A stretch of DNA of 64,000 bases, taken from NCBI RefSeq assembly GCF_046541315.1, contig NZ_JBKHDN010000001.1, positions 28-64,027 of the forward strand. The letters are read 5' to 3'. The notes beneath the pieces are model-generated. The model made no database searches, was not told the origin of the DNA, and saw nothing but the letters and a program-made list of their open reading frames with translations. This document shows positions 31,919-42,992 of this stretch, one piece after another. Source of the stretch: Halochromatium sp. (GTDB lineage Bacteria > Pseudomonadota > Gammaproteobacteria > Chromatiales > Chromatiaceae). Each line of letters begins with the position of its first letter. The first letter of the stretch is position 1. Position numbers and translations under genes: made by a program.

Positions 31919-33349
31919 CTATTCTGGGCTCTCGCCAAGCGTCTGATAGTACTGCTTGATATCCTCGCCGATGGTGGCGGTGATCTGATAGAAGACCTCG
32001 TGCGAGATCAGCACCGGCTGGTTGCCGATCTGATCGGCCTGAGCACAGGTCTCGGCGATGAGACGGTAGAGGTAATTGAGCACGAAGCGCGGCTGGCGCA
32101 GCTTGTCCAATGCCCCCAGGATCTCGCGCTGCGGGATCGCCGAGGCAAAGAGATTATCCAGCGGATAGGGATGACTCGGATCGGCCCGGCAGATGCGCAG
32201 GCGGGCCGACATCATGTCGAATAACTGCTTATCGCCCCAGCGAAACGGATAAATGATCTTCTGTTTGTCGAAGCGCGCCTCATTGGCCTTCTCGGTGCTG
32301 GCCTTGCGCACGGATTCGTAGAGCTGGCGCGGCAGCAGCATCTTGAAGCTGAGGTTCGGATGCAGTTGCAGGATGCGGTTGTTCCAGAGCGGCCAGACGA
32401 AGTCCTGCATGCGTTCGCGGTCGCCATTGATCAATGAGGGCTCGTCGACCTTGTCCATGACCACCACGATCTGCTGATAGCCAAGGCTGAGCATGATATC
32501 GATGAACTTGGTCGCGAATAACCGGCGCACATCGTCATCGTCGCGCCAGCCGCCGCGCTTCACGTCCTGATCCTTGAGATAGCTCGGCGGAATCCAATGC
32601 AGCGCGCGCTCGACATCGCGCATATTGCGATCGCGCACCAGAATCTCGCGCTCGGCGGAACGCGCGACCCCGCGGTAGAAGTTCCGCTGCGCCAACGGCG
32701 CGATCCCCAGTGTCATCAGCCCAACGATCAGGCCCTTGAGGCTGCTGAAGAAGCCCTTGATCAGCCCGCGCGGCAACAACCGTCTCGCCAACGAGCTCAT
32801 GATGCGGTTGTAGCGATCCGGCGGACCGCTGACATAAAACGCCATCAGCATCATCAGATCATGACGGCGATAGCGCTCCAGACGTTCCAAGGGCACGTCC
32901 GTGTTCTTGATCTCGCTGAGCAAGGCCTCCATGCCGCAGACCAAAATCGCATCGAGATGTTGCGCCAAGCCAAAATCCTTCAGCGTGATCGGCTCTTGAC
33001 GGCGCCGGTCCTGCTGCTCCCGCTTGCGCTTAAACGCCTCGAGGAAACCGTTGAAGTCATCGTAACGCAGCATCAGGATGTTCTCCTCATGCTCGCGGTT
33101 GAAGTGCTCGATGTTCTTTTCCAGGGCCAGGCGCAGCGCTGACTTGCCGCTCCCCTTCACGCCGAAAATCATCGAGGTGCCGCGTCCGGGCGGTTCACCG
33201 AAGAACTTGTCCCAGGCCTGATGATTGAAGGTGTAGTCGGATTCGTTCAGAAGCTCCTCGAACACCTTGTCGTTCTGCGCTTCTTCCTCGATGAAAGGGT
33301 TGCGAACGAGCCCATGGGACCCCAGGAATTGCGACATCGTCATAGACAT
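31919..33349 (-). CDS. Uncharacterised P-loop NTPase with hydrophobic insert (KAP/STAND-like)
   Basis: N-terminal NPF, Walker A GVKGSGKS, Walker B IVVVMDKVDE, hydrophobic segment LKGLIVGLMTLGIAPL between them. Confidence 0.8.
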   Translation of the reverse strand: MSMTMSQFLGSHGLVRNPFIEEEAQNDKVFEELLNESDYTFNHQAWDKFFGEPPGRGTSMIFGVKGSGKSALRLALEKNIEHFNREHEENILMLRYDDFNGFLEAFKRKREQQDRRRQEPITLKDFGLAQHLDAILVCGMEALLSEIKNTDVPLERLERYRRHDLMMLMAFYVSGPPDRYNRIMSSLARRLLPRGLIKGFFSSLKGLIVGLMTLGIAPLAQRNFYRGVARSAEREILVRDRNMRDVERALHWIPPSYLKDQDVKRGGWRDDDDVRRLFATKFIDIMLSLGYQQIVVVMDKVDEPSLINGDRERMQDFVWPLWNNRILQLHPNLSFKMLLPRQLYESVRKASTEKANEARFDKQKIIYPFRWGDKQLFDMMSARLRICRADPSHPYPLDNLFASAIPQREILGALDKLRQPRFVLNYLYRLIAETCAQADQIGNQPVLISHEVFYQITATIGEDIKQYYQTLGESPE

Positions 33350-33499
33350 GGGAAAGATACCTGTTCGCCGTCAACGTCGGCCGCGCCGGGGCCGCCACCG
33401 AGGTATCGGTGGCCGACGCGCGCAGGCCTCAGCACGCTCTGTTGGCATCCGCTCGCGCTGCCGAGCAGAGGTGCTGCGGGGATTGTGGTTGGACTGTGA

Positions 33500-33775
33500 T
33501 CAGAGTTTTGGCGAGTGTTCGACCAGGATGTAGAAGAGCACCGCAAAGGAGACGCCCATCATCACGAAACGCGGCCAGAGGGATTTATCCGCGTAATTGT
33601 GCAGCTTGCGCTTCAGTTCGCAGATGAACCCCCCTTCAGGCGACTCGCGCATCCGGCATAGGTGGAGTGCGAGCCGTGCCAGGAGACGACGCGCCACATC
33701 GAAGACAGCATATAAAAAGAAAATGAGCGCCAGAAATGTCGCCAAACCGAGTAGCCAGTTCTCTAGATGTCCCAT
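33500..33775 (-). CDS. Small hypothetical membrane protein (2 TM)
   Basis: WLLGLATFLALIFFLYAVF and FVMMGVSFAVLFYILV segments; co-oriented directly upstream of the NTPase. Confidence 0.6.
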   Translation of the reverse strand: MGHLENWLLGLATFLALIFFLYAVFDVARRLLARLALHLCRMRESPEGGFICELKRKLHNYADKSLWPRFVMMGVSFAVLFYILVEHSPKL

Positions 33776-33967
33776 GATGCTATACAACCGTTAGGGGCCC
33801 TACGCTTGAGGGAGGACCCTACCCCGAAGGTCGAGGGGCTATCCTGCCATAGTGGCGGGACGCTGTCTTGTCGATCGCGCATTGAAAGATCTCGCCGACC
33901 CAGTCCCGCCGCGCTGGCCAGCCCCACCGTCGCCTTCTTCACCCCCGGAAGACGCCGATCGCCCTCC

Positions 33968-35179
33968 TCAGTGCGGCGAAGTCAGCACATCTGCGGACTG
34001 GTCCGCCCACGCCACCGCCTGGAGATAGGCTTCGGTCATCTGCGCAGGGGTCAGCCGCGCAAACCGGGCTTGTTGGAAATCACCCTGTTCGTAGGCGATG
34101 ACGCTCGTCAGCGCCTCGCCATAAGGCCCCTGGCGATGTAACAGCGCGTCACGCACCTCGCTGGTCAGCGGCAGCGCATCGAGCACCTCCGCCAGCGGCG
34201 CCCGCATCATCGCATCCAGCAGCGAGAACAGCCCCACGGTGAAATAGATGTCGGCATGCGCGCGCCCGGCGAGCATCGCCAGCAGCTCGCACATCTTGGC
34301 GCGCTGAATCCCTTGAGCCATCAGCTCGCTGGACTGGTTGTCGAGCTTGGCGAGCAGCAACAACGAGGCCCAGCGCCGGATCCTTTGGGGGCCAAGATAG
34401 ACCACCGCCGCGCGCAAGGATTCCACCTCCCTGGGCAACGCGAAGAAGGCGGAATTGAGGTGGCGCAATAGTTTGTAGCTGAGCCTGACATCATGGCCGA
34501 TGATCTCCTCGAGTTCGGCGACATCGACCTCCGGATTCTGCAGCCTGGTCGTCAGCTCCAGCAGCTTGAGCCGGTTGAGCGGGATCTGGGTCCCCTGCAC
34601 GATCGTCGGCCGGGACAGGAAGTAGCCCTGGAAGTAATCGAACCCGAGCTGTTTGCAGTATTCGAAGGCCTCCTCGTTTTCAACCTTTTCCGCCAGCAAC
34701 TTGACATCGTAGGCCTGGAACGATCGGACTTGCTCAACGAGTTCCTCTCGCGACCAGTTCATGATATCGAGCTTGACGATGTGCGCGAACTCCATCAAGG
34801 GTCGCACCGACGCCTGGAACACACAATCATCCAGTGCCACCATGAAGCCGTCATCCACATAGGCCCGCAAGCCGGCGATCACCTCGGCATCGGGCTGCAC
34901 GTCCTCCAGCACCTCCAGCACCACGCGTTGCGCGGGTAATGGCAGCGACTGACGCTCGACGAAGAAGCGCCGGGAGAGATTGATGAAGGCGCGATGCGGG
35001 CCAACGATGCGATCGAGGCCGAACTCCAGGAACACGTTCACGATCACCTGCGAGGTCGCCCGGTCGCCATCCACCTCCCCCGCAGCGTTGCCGGAACCAT
35101 CGCGGAACAAGAGTTCATAGCCGTAGAGCTTTGAGTGACGGTCGAAGATCGGCTGACGCCCGACGAAAATCTCGTCCAT
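33968..35179 (-). CDS. EAL + HDOD domain protein (YuxH/CdgJ-type c-di-GMP phosphodiesterase)
   Basis: RQPIFD...YELLFR, VLEVLE, ALDD, LAEKVE, FQGYF; C-terminal HDOD (LSYKLLRHLNS, GLFSLLDA). Confidence 0.9.
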   Translation of the reverse strand: MDEIFVGRQPIFDRHSKLYGYELLFRDGSGNAAGEVDGDRATSQVIVNVFLEFGLDRIVGPHRAFINLSRRFFVERQSLPLPAQRVVLEVLEDVQPDAEVIAGLRAYVDDGFMVALDDCVFQASVRPLMEFAHIVKLDIMNWSREELVEQVRSFQAYDVKLLAEKVENEEAFEYCKQLGFDYFQGYFLSRPTIVQGTQIPLNRLKLLELTTRLQNPEVDVAELEEIIGHDVRLSYKLLRHLNSAFFALPREVESLRAAVVYLGPQRIRRWASLLLLAKLDNQSSELMAQGIQRAKMCELLAMLAGRAHADIYFTVGLFSLLDAMMRAPLAEVLDALPLTSEVRDALLHRQGPYGEALTSVIAYEQGDFQQARFARLTPAQMTEAYLQAVAWADQSADVLTSPH

Positions 35180-35292
35180 CGTGTCTCTCCTTGGGGGTGC
35201 TGTCTCGCGACGCGTTGTTCATCGCTCGCGCCACTGCCTGCAACCGCGCAGTCTATCACCGAGCGGGAACGGCAACGGCAGCCGGCGGTCCG

Positions 35293-37350
35293 CTAGGTGC
35301 CCGCGCCGGCGGCATCGAGTCGGGAACAGCGCACCCAGCGTCCTCCTGGCAGTCGTTGGATCTGCGGGTAGGCCCGCGCGCACTCGGGAATGGCGAGTGG
35401 GCAGCGCGGATGAAAGTGACAACCGGCCGGAGGCGTCGCGGGTGACGGCATATCGCCCGCGAGCCGGATGATCTGGCGGCGCTCGGCCTTGTCCATCATC
35501 GGCACCGCCGAGAGCAGCGCCTGCGTATAGGGATGGCGCGGCTCATCGAGCACCTCGGCGGCGCGACCCTGCTCGACGATCCGGCCCAGATACATCACCG
35601 CGACCTCATGCGCCAGATAGGCGACGACCGAGAGATCGTGCGTGATGAACAGATAGCTAAGCCCAAGCCTGTCCTGTAGCCGCTTGAGCAGGTTCAGGAT
35701 CTGCGCCTGCACCGAGACATCCAGGGCGCTGGTCGGCTCGTCGCAGATGATCACTTTGGGTTCGACCGCGAGCGCGCGGGCAATGCAGATGCGTTGACGC
35801 TGGCCGCCGGAGAACTCATGGGGGTAGCGATCCATCGCCTGCTCGCCGATGCCGACCTGCTCCAGCAACGCCGCCACCCGCCGCCGCCGTGCCGCGCGGC
35901 CCTGTTCGAGGGCCAGCGATTGTAGCCCCTCGCCAACGATATCGCCGACCAACATGCGTGGATTCATCGAGGCAAAGGGGTCTTGGAAGATGATCTGCAG
36001 ATCCTTGCGATAGCGGCGCATCCGCCCAGCCCCAATCGCAGCGAGATCAACGCCGTTATAGCGCACCTGGCCAGCGGTGGGCGACACCAGCCGCAGGAGC
36101 GCCTTGCCAACGGTGGTCTTGCCGCACCCCGACTCGCCGACCAGGGCCAGGGTCCGCCCGGCCCGCAGGCTCAGATCGACCCCGTCGACCGCCTTCACAT
36201 GGCCAACCGTGCTGCGGAACAGACCGCGCTGAATCGGGAAGTGGACCCGTAGCCCCTCAACGCTGAGCAATACCGGCGCGGCGGGCTCGGCGGGTTCCCC
36301 TCGCGCCGCGTCCAAGCCCGGTTCGCCGGCGGCCGCCTCCGCCGCGCTCGCTCCAGTGCCTGCCTCCTGGAAACCCGCTGCCCCCTCGGCCCAGAGCAGA
36401 CAGCGCACCTGTTGCTCGTGGTGGGGCCGAAACCAACCGATCGGGGCCGCGCGACAGGCGGGCATGACCTGAGGGCAGCGCTCGGCAAAGCGACAGCCGA
36501 CGAAGGCCCGATCCAGCGCTGGCACCCGACCCGGGATCACCGCCAGCTCGCCACGGCGCTTGCGCGCGCTCGGCACGCTCGCCATCAGCTGGCGGCTGTA
36601 CGGATGCGCCGGCGCCGCAAAGAAGGTCGCGACGCTGGCCTGCTCGACGATCTGCCCGGCATACATCACCGCCAGCCGGTCGGCGGTCTCGGCGACCACC
36701 CCGAGGTCATGGGTGATCAGCAGCACCGCCATCCCGGTTCGCGCTTGCAGCCCTTTGAGCAATTGCAGCACTTGCGCCTGGATGGTGACATCCAGCGCGG
36801 TGGTTGGTTCATCGGCAATCAGCAGTTGCGGGTCGCCGGCGAGCGCCATGGCGATCATCACCCGCTGCTTCATGCCACCCGAGAGCTGGTGCGGGAATTC
36901 GCGCGCGCGCCGCGCGGGATCGGGAATCCCCACCGCCCGCAGCAGTTCGACCACCCGCGCGCCGACCGCCGCCTTCGGCAGACGCTGGTGCAGCCGCACC
37001 GCCTCGGCGATCTGCTCGCCGACCCTGAGCACCGGGTTCAGCGAGGTCTGCGGTTCCTGGAAGATCATCGCCATGCGCCCACCGCGCACGCCGCGCATCT
37101 CGCGCTCGGTCAAGGCCAGCAGCTCGCGGCCAGCGAGCCGCACCGAGCCATCGGTGATGCGACCCGACAGCGGCAGCAAGCGCATCAGCGACAACGCCGT
37201 CATCGACTTGCCACAGCCAGACTCGCCCAGCAGTGCGAGGGTCTCGCCCCGGCGGATCTCGAAATCGATGCCATCGCAGACCCGCACCGGCCGCTCGTCG
37301 GCGCCGAGCTGCGCCGTCAGATTCGAGACCTGCAGCAAGCCGTCGCTCAT
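35293..37350 (-). CDS. Peptide/nickel-family ABC transporter ATP-binding protein (fused double NBD)
   Basis: Two GESGCGK Walker A motifs, LSGG/FSGG, two HPY-Cys C-terminal domains; start ATG 37350. Confidence 0.93.
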   Translation of the reverse strand: MSDGLLQVSNLTAQLGADERPVRVCDGIDFEIRRGETLALLGESGCGKSMTALSLMRLLPLSGRITDGSVRLAGRELLALTEREMRGVRGGRMAMIFQEPQTSLNPVLRVGEQIAEAVRLHQRLPKAAVGARVVELLRAVGIPDPARRAREFPHQLSGGMKQRVMIAMALAGDPQLLIADEPTTALDVTIQAQVLQLLKGLQARTGMAVLLITHDLGVVAETADRLAVMYAGQIVEQASVATFFAAPAHPYSRQLMASVPSARKRRGELAVIPGRVPALDRAFVGCRFAERCPQVMPACRAAPIGWFRPHHEQQVRCLLWAEGAAGFQEAGTGASAAEAAAGEPGLDAARGEPAEPAAPVLLSVEGLRVHFPIQRGLFRSTVGHVKAVDGVDLSLRAGRTLALVGESGCGKTTVGKALLRLVSPTAGQVRYNGVDLAAIGAGRMRRYRKDLQIIFQDPFASMNPRMLVGDIVGEGLQSLALEQGRAARRRRVAALLEQVGIGEQAMDRYPHEFSGGQRQRICIARALAVEPKVIICDEPTSALDVSVQAQILNLLKRLQDRLGLSYLFITHDLSVVAYLAHEVAVMYLGRIVEQGRAAEVLDEPRHPYTQALLSAVPMMDKAERRQIIRLAGDMPSPATPPAGCHFHPRCPLAIPECARAYPQIQRLPGGRWVRCSRLDAAGAGT

Positions 37351-38867
37351 CGAACCGCACTCCGCAAGCGGGGATCGAAGGCATCGCGCACCACGTCGGC
37401 CAGCAGATTGGCGGCCAGCACCAGGGTGAACATGAACACGAAGGCCGCCGCCAGCGACCACCAGACCACCGGATCGCGGGCCAGCTCCAGCCGCGCGCTA
37501 TTGATCATGTTGCCCCAGCTGTTCATGGTCGGATCGACCCCGATGTTGACATAGGAGAGCACCGCCTCGGCCAGCACCAGGCCGCTGAAATCCAGCACCA
37601 GGGTGATCATCACGATATGCAGCACATTGGGCAGGATGTGGCGGCCGATCACGGTCGAATGCCGCACCCCGAGCGCGCGCGCCGCCTGCACATAGTCGGC
37701 CTCGCGCAGCTTCAGGGACTCGCCGCGCAGCAGTCGGCAGAGACCGGTCCAACTGGTGACGCCGAGGATGATGCAGAGGAACAGCAGGCGCAGATCGGCG
37801 CGCTCGACCAAGCTCTGGAATTGGTCGGCGTTGTTGGTCATATAGACCTGCAGCATCAGGATCGCGGCCGCGATCAGCAGCACGCCCGGAATCGAATTCA
37901 GCGTGGTGTAGAGATATTGGATCACATCATCGGTGCGGCCGCCGAAATAGCCGGCCATGATGCCCAGGATCACCGCCGCCGGCAGCATCACCAGCGTGGT
38001 CAGGGTGCCGATCACCAGGCCGGTGCGGATGCTCTTCAGGCTCTGATAGAACACGTCCTCGCCGACCTTGTCGGTGCCCAGGATGTGGTACTTGGCCGCC
38101 AGCTCGGCGGCGACGAAGCTCAGCACCAGCATCAGCGCCAGCGTGATCAGCCCCACGCGCCAGGGCAGCTCGGTCTCGCCGCGCCAGATCGCCCGCGCGC
38201 GCTCATTGAAGGACTGGCGCCAGCGCATCGCGAGCAGCCCGATCAGCACCGCCATCAGCGCGGCCCAGACGAGCAGCCCCTTGACCATCCCGAACAGCCC
38301 GCGCAGGCCGATATCGACAGCGCGCCGCGCGGGATCGGCCAGATGCGTGCCGCCATGTTCGAGGCGGGGATAGCCGCGCGTGACGCTGCCATCCGGCTGC
38401 TCGATCGGTTCCTTGACGAAGAGATGCGTGGCAAAGGGCGCGGAGAAGGTCTTCTCCTGGCGCTCGCGCAGCCCGCTGAGCCAGAGATCGAGCACCGAGA
38501 TGATCTGGGTCGAATAGGTCGGCGTCCTCGTGCTGGCGGATTGGCCCGCCGTCTCGTCGGCCCCCTGAGCCTGCGCGACCGCCGCCGGCTCTCCTCCATC
38601 AGCGGCCGGATCGCTGCCCACCGCGCTCTGGGAGGCTGCGGCGGCCTGCGCGACCGGCTCGACACGCGGATGGAAATGCAGCGAATCCAGCAGTCCGATG
38701 CCGACATAGAACAGGACCACCACCAGTGCGGCGACCCCCACCGGCGAGCGCCCGACTTGCAGCCAGGGCCCGCGCAGATGCTCATGGCGCGCGGCATAGA
38801 GGCCAAAGCCGATAGCGACCGCGATCAGCACGAAAACGAGGGCGTCAGTGATCAGGATGACTGGCAC
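37347..38867 (-). CDS. Peptide-type ABC transporter permease (OppC/DppC-like)
   Basis: [18 protein letters not shown]...HILPN. Confidence 0.92.
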   Translation of the reverse strand: MPVILITDALVFVLIAVAIGFGLYAARHEHLRGPWLQVGRSPVGVAALVVVLFYVGIGLLDSLHFHPRVEPVAQAAAASQSAVGSDPAADGGEPAAVAQAQGADETAGQSASTRTPTYSTQIISVLDLWLSGLRERQEKTFSAPFATHLFVKEPIEQPDGSVTRGYPRLEHGGTHLADPARRAVDIGLRGLFGMVKGLLVWAALMAVLIGLLAMRWRQSFNERARAIWRGETELPWRVGLITLALMLVLSFVAAELAAKYHILGTDKVGEDVFYQSLKSIRTGLVIGTLTTLVMLPAAVILGIMAGYFGGRTDDVIQYLYTTLNSIPGVLLIAAAILMLQVYMTNNADQFQSLVERADLRLLFLCIILGVTSWTGLCRLLRGESLKLREADYVQAARALGVRHSTVIGRHILPNVLHIVMITLVLDFSGLVLAEAVLSYVNIGVDPTMNSWGNMINSARLELARDPVVWWSLAAAFVFMFTLVLAANLLADVVRDAFDPRLRSAVR

Positions 38868-38877
38868 GGCATGGCCC

Positions 38878-39855
38878 TCAAGACAGCCTGACTCGGGGGT
38901 CGACCAGGGTGTAGGAGATGTCGGTCAGGATCAGCCCGATGATGTAGAGCACCGAGCCGAGGAAGACCATCGCGCGCACGATCGAGAAGTCCTGGCGGTT
39001 GATCGCATCGATGGTGTAGCTGCCAAGACCGGGCACGCCGAAGAAGGACTCGATGATCAGCGCGCCCATGAACAGCAGCGGCAGGACCGCGACCACGCCG
39101 GTGAGGATCGGGATCAGCGCATTGCGCAGCACGTGGCGAAACAGCACCGCGCGCTCGCGCAGCCCCTTGGCGCGCGCGGTGCGCACATAGTCGCGATTGA
39201 TCTCTTCGAGGAAGAAGGTGCGATACAACCGCGTGCTGCTGCCGATGCCGGCGACGACGCCGACCACCACCGGCAAGATCAAGAACTTCAGCGCCTCGAA
39301 CCCGGTGTCGTAGCCCGAGATCGGCACCAGATGCAACAGCTTGCCGATCAGGAACTGACCACCGATGATGTAGAACAGCCCGGAGATCGACATCATCGCT
39401 ACCAACAGCACCACGCTGCCAAAATCGATATAGGTGGCGCGGAAGAACACGATCATCAAGGCGTAGCTGATCGCGATCGCCAGCCCCACCAGCAGGGTCG
39501 GCAGCGCGATCGCCAGACTCGGCCACATGCGCTGGCGGATGTCGAAGCCGATATCGCGACCGCTGTCCGATTGACCGAAGTCGAACGCGAACAGTTTCAG
39601 CGATTTCTCGAAGAAGATGCTGTCGGTCAGTGCCTCCAACCCCCCGCGCTCGGCGTTGTAGAGCAGCGGCTTGTCGTAGCCATGCTCGGCCTTCCAGGTG
39701 TCGATCGCCTCTTGGGTCACGCGTTTGTCGCCGAGCTGCATCCGCGCCATGTCATCGGGCGAATTGACGACGAAGAACAAGACGAAGGTGATCAGATTGA
39801 CACCGATCAGGATCGGGATCGCGTAGAGCAGGCGGCGCAGGATATAGGCACTCAT
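38878..39855 (-). CDS. Peptide-type ABC transporter permease (OppB/DppB-like)
   Basis: [20 protein letters not shown]...HVLRNALIP. Confidence 0.93.
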   Translation of the reverse strand: MSAYILRRLLYAIPILIGVNLITFVLFFVVNSPDDMARMQLGDKRVTQEAIDTWKAEHGYDKPLLYNAERGGLEALTDSIFFEKSLKLFAFDFGQSDSGRDIGFDIRQRMWPSLAIALPTLLVGLAIAISYALMIVFFRATYIDFGSVVLLVAMMSISGLFYIIGGQFLIGKLLHLVPISGYDTGFEALKFLILPVVVGVVAGIGSSTRLYRTFFLEEINRDYVRTARAKGLRERAVLFRHVLRNALIPILTGVVAVLPLLFMGALIIESFFGVPGLGSYTIDAINRQDFSIVRAMVFLGSVLYIIGLILTDISYTLVDPRVRLS

Positions 39856-42017
39856 CGGGCGCGGCTCCGCTCGCGCCGGCGCGCGACCAGGAACGCAGGG
39901 ATGGCGCCGAGGATCAGGATCGCCACCAGCGCCGCGATCGGCCAGAGCACCGGTGGATTCCATCGCGCGCGCAGCTGCTCGCGCAACGCGGGATCGAGTC
40001 GCCGATACTTGAGGGTGTTATTCGCCATCAGATTCGGCTTCACGTTGTCGAGCCACTGGTGGTGCAGGCTGAAGGCCTTGGGATAGAAGCCAAAGGACCA
40101 GGGCGCGTCGTGCCGCACGATCTCGGTCATCCGATCGATCACGGCCTGGCGCTCGGGGCCGTCATCCATGTTCTTCATCCGCTCGAAGAGCCGGTCGAAC
40201 TCCGGATTCTGGTAATTGGCCGCGTTCTCGCCGCCATCGACCTTGCGGTTGGGACCATAGAGCAGGAAGAAGAAGTTCTCCGGGTCCGGATAGTCGGCAT
40301 TCCAGCCCCACATGAAGACCTGACCGGTGCCCTTGCGCATCTTCTCCTGAAAGCGATTGTAATCGGTGGCGCGCACGACCAGCTCGATGCCGAGCTTGGC
40401 GAACCGCTTGCGCATCCAGTTCAGCCGCGCCTTGCCGTCGGGCCCGGCATCCATGGCCTCATAGTAGATGGTCAACGGGCGGCCGCTGTCGGGATCGCGT
40501 CCGTCCCGGTAGCCGGCCTCAGCGAGCAGCGCCTTCGCCTCGTCCAGCGATTTTCGCCGCGCGCGTCCATCGCGCCAATCGAACACATAGGGATTGATCC
40601 CGGCCTCGCCCTGGCGGTGGCCGAAGATGCCGGGCGGCAGCGGCCCCTGCCCCTCGACGCCGCGGCCGTTGGCGAAGATCGAGATGTATTCATCGAAATC
40701 GACCGCGATACTGATCGCCTGGCGCAGCAACCGCGCGCGTTCCGACTCGCCGCCGAGCAGCGGGTCGAGCATGTTGAAGCCCATGTACCAAATCGAGGTC
40801 TGCACCGCGGTGACCAGCTCGATGCCCTTCTCGCGCATCTCATCGGTGAGATCGGCCTCGCCCGCCGCATCGAACTGGATCGCCTGATCGAAGGCATCGG
40901 AGCTGACGCCCGAGCTGTCGTAGAACCCCTGCAGGAACTTGTTCCAGTACGGGATACTCTCCTGCTCCAGACTGTAGATGGCCCGATCGACGAAGGGCAG
41001 CGGCTGGCCGGCATCCGCGAGCAGCCCGGCGGCCCGGTCCCCGGGCATGCCCTCGCTCGGGTAGCGCTCGCCGTGGAAGTGCGGATTGCGCGCCAGCACC
41101 ATGCGCAGGTTTGGATTGTTCTCGCTGAGCATGAAGGGCCCGGTGCCGACCGGATACCAATCCAGCGTCAGGTTGCTCTGTTTCATGCCGAGCTGGCCGT
41201 AGAGGGCCTCGGCCTCCCAGGGCATGGGCGCGAAGAACGGCATCGCCAGCCAATAGACGAACTGCGGATAACGGCCCTTGAGCCGAATCCGATAGCGATA
41301 GCGGTCGATCACCTCGGCGCCCTCGAAGGGCACCTGGCGCAGATCGAAGAACAGCCGCTCGGCGTCCACCGGGGCCGGCGCCTCGGCGGCGATGCGCTCA
41401 CGCAGGGCCTTGAAGCCGAGGATGTGCTCGCCCATCAGCCCGGCGATCGGCGAATGCAGCCAGGGCGTGGCCAGGCGCTTGATCTGGTAGACATAGTCCT
41501 CGGCGATCAGCTCGCGGGTGCCGGTCTCGGGCAGGTCATGCAAGGTGTTGACGCGCGCGATCGCCTGGGCATCGAGCCGATGATAGCGGTAGACGCCCTG
41601 CGCATCCTTGGCGAAGGCGGGATGCGGCTGATAGTGGATGCCAGGCGCGATCTCGATCAGATACTCGCTCACCGCGACCTGGCGCGGATCGGCATCCGCC
41701 GGCAGCGGCTCCCCGTCCGCGTCCAGATAGCGCACCTCGGGCAGCGCCCGGGCGGTCAGCGGCACCAGCTCGTACGGGCGCTTGAGAAAATGGTATTGCA
41801 GCGGCGGCTCGTAGATTTGGGCGATGAAGGCGTATTCGTTCTCGCTGTAGGAGCGTACCGGGTCGAGGTGCTTGGGCCGCTCGGTGAAGGCGCCGTAGAG
41901 GATGTTCTCGCCGGATTGCGAGGCTGGATAGGGATTGTTCCAGGGCGGTTGGCCACAAGCGCCGAGCAGCAGCACGACGACCATCGGCAACGGCAAGAAG
42001 CGGCGGGCTCTGGACAT
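39852..42017 (-). CDS. ABC transporter substrate-binding lipoprotein (family 5) with C-terminal TM anchor
   Basis: Lipobox [24 protein letters not shown]; C-terminal hydrophobic helix followed by an Arg-rich tail. Confidence 0.9.
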   Translation of the reverse strand: MSRARRFLPLPMVVVLLLGACGQPPWNNPYPASQSGENILYGAFTERPKHLDPVRSYSENEYAFIAQIYEPPLQYHFLKRPYELVPLTARALPEVRYLDADGEPLPADADPRQVAVSEYLIEIAPGIHYQPHPAFAKDAQGVYRYHRLDAQAIARVNTLHDLPETGTRELIAEDYVYQIKRLATPWLHSPIAGLMGEHILGFKALRERIAAEAPAPVDAERLFFDLRQVPFEGAEVIDRYRYRIRLKGRYPQFVYWLAMPFFAPMPWEAEALYGQLGMKQSNLTLDWYPVGTGPFMLSENNPNLRMVLARNPHFHGERYPSEGMPGDRAAGLLADAGQPLPFVDRAIYSLEQESIPYWNKFLQGFYDSSGVSSDAFDQAIQFDAAGEADLTDEMREKGIELVTAVQTSIWYMGFNMLDPLLGGESERARLLRQAISIAVDFDEYISIFANGRGVEGQGPLPPGIFGHRQGEAGINPYVFDWRDGRARRKSLDEAKALLAEAGYRDGRDPDSGRPLTIYYEAMDAGPDGKARLNWMRKRFAKLGIELVVRATDYNRFQEKMRKGTGQVFMWGWNADYPDPENFFFLLYGPNRKVDGGENAANYQNPEFDRLFERMKNMDDGPERQAVIDRMTEIVRHDAPWSFGFYPKAFSLHHQWLDNVKPNLMANNTLKYRRLDPALREQLRARWNPPVLWPIAALVAILILGAIPAFLVARRRERSRAR

Positions 42018-42122
42018 GGATACTTTCCGCGCAGGCTGAGTTTCGGTAACGTTAAGGGCCGCTTGGAACACGGGCGGTTTGCCGCGCCCCTATCCTACAC
42101 AATATCCGTTTGGAGAGACTCT

Positions 42123-42899
42123 ATGGGCTTCTTGTCCGATAAACGTATCCTCATCACCGGCGTTGCCAGTAACCGCTCGATCGCCTGGGGCGTCGCCCAG
42201 GCCATGCATCGCGAGGGCGCGACCCTGGCCTTCACCTATCAGGGCGACAAGCTCAAGAGCCGGGTCGAGGATCTGGCCTCGCAATGCGATGCCGACTTCG
42301 TGCTGCCGCTCGATGTCTCCAACGACGAGGAGATCCAACACTGCTTCGCCATGCTCGGCGAGGGCTGGGACGCGCTCGATGGCATCGTGCACTCGATCGC
42401 ATTCGCGCCCAAGGAACAGCTCGAGGGCGATTACGTCGATTGCGTCACGCGCGAGGGCTTCGCCACCGCGCACGATATCAGCTCTTACAGTCTGGCGGCG
42501 CTGGCCAAGGCCGGCCGGCCACTGATGCAGGGGCGCAACGGCGCCATCCTCACCATGAGCTACCTGGGCGCGGTGCGCGCGGTGCCGAATTACAACGTGA
42601 TGGGGATCGCCAAGGCCAGCCTGGAGGCGAACGTGCGCTATCTGGCGGCGTCGCTCGGACCGGAGGGCACGCGCGTCAATGCCGTCTCGGCGGGTCCGAT
42701 CCGCACCCTGGCCGCCGCCGGCATCGCCGATTTCCGCTCGATGCTGAAGCAGGTCGAGGAACGCACGCCGCTGCGGCGCAACGTCACCATCGATGAGGTG
42801 GGGAACGCCGGCGCCTTCCTCTGCTCCGATCTCGCCTCCGGCATCACCGGCGACGTGCTCTACGTCGACACCGGCTACCACATCCTCGGTCTGGGCTGA
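42123..42899 (+). CDS. fabI: Enoyl-ACP reductase
   Basis: [46 protein letters not shown]. Confidence 0.97.
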   Translation: MGFLSDKRILITGVASNRSIAWGVAQAMHREGATLAFTYQGDKLKSRVEDLASQCDADFVLPLDVSNDEEIQHCFAMLGEGWDALDGIVHSIAFAPKEQLEGDYVDCVTREGFATAHDISSYSLAALAKAGRPLMQGRNGAILTMSYLGAVRAVPNYNVMGIAKASLEANVRYLAASLGPEGTRVNAVSAGPIRTLAAAGIADFRSMLKQVEERTPLRRNVTIDEVGNAGAFLCSDLASGITGDVLYVDTGYHILGLG

Positions 42900-42923
42900 A
42901 ATCCTGCTGACCTGAGTTCGGCG

Positions 42924-42979
42924 CTGGATCCTCGACCCTGGATCCGAGCGTCCGGATTCGAGCGTCCGGGTTCGAGTCT
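42924..42979. repeat. Degenerate 14-bp tandem repeat, about 4 copies
   Basis: CTGGATCCTCGACC CTGGATCCGAGCGT CCGGATTCGAGCGT CCGGGTTCGAGTCT between convergent fabI and ppiD. Confidence 0.6.
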
Positions 42980-42992
42980 GGGCGCCGCCGGT

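Noticed and set aside
40059-42122. 946-aa ORF appearing to be a giant FabI fusion
   Set aside because: The upstream part is the antisense shadow of the substrate-binding protein gene; real fabI starts at ATG 42123 behind a GGAGA RBS.
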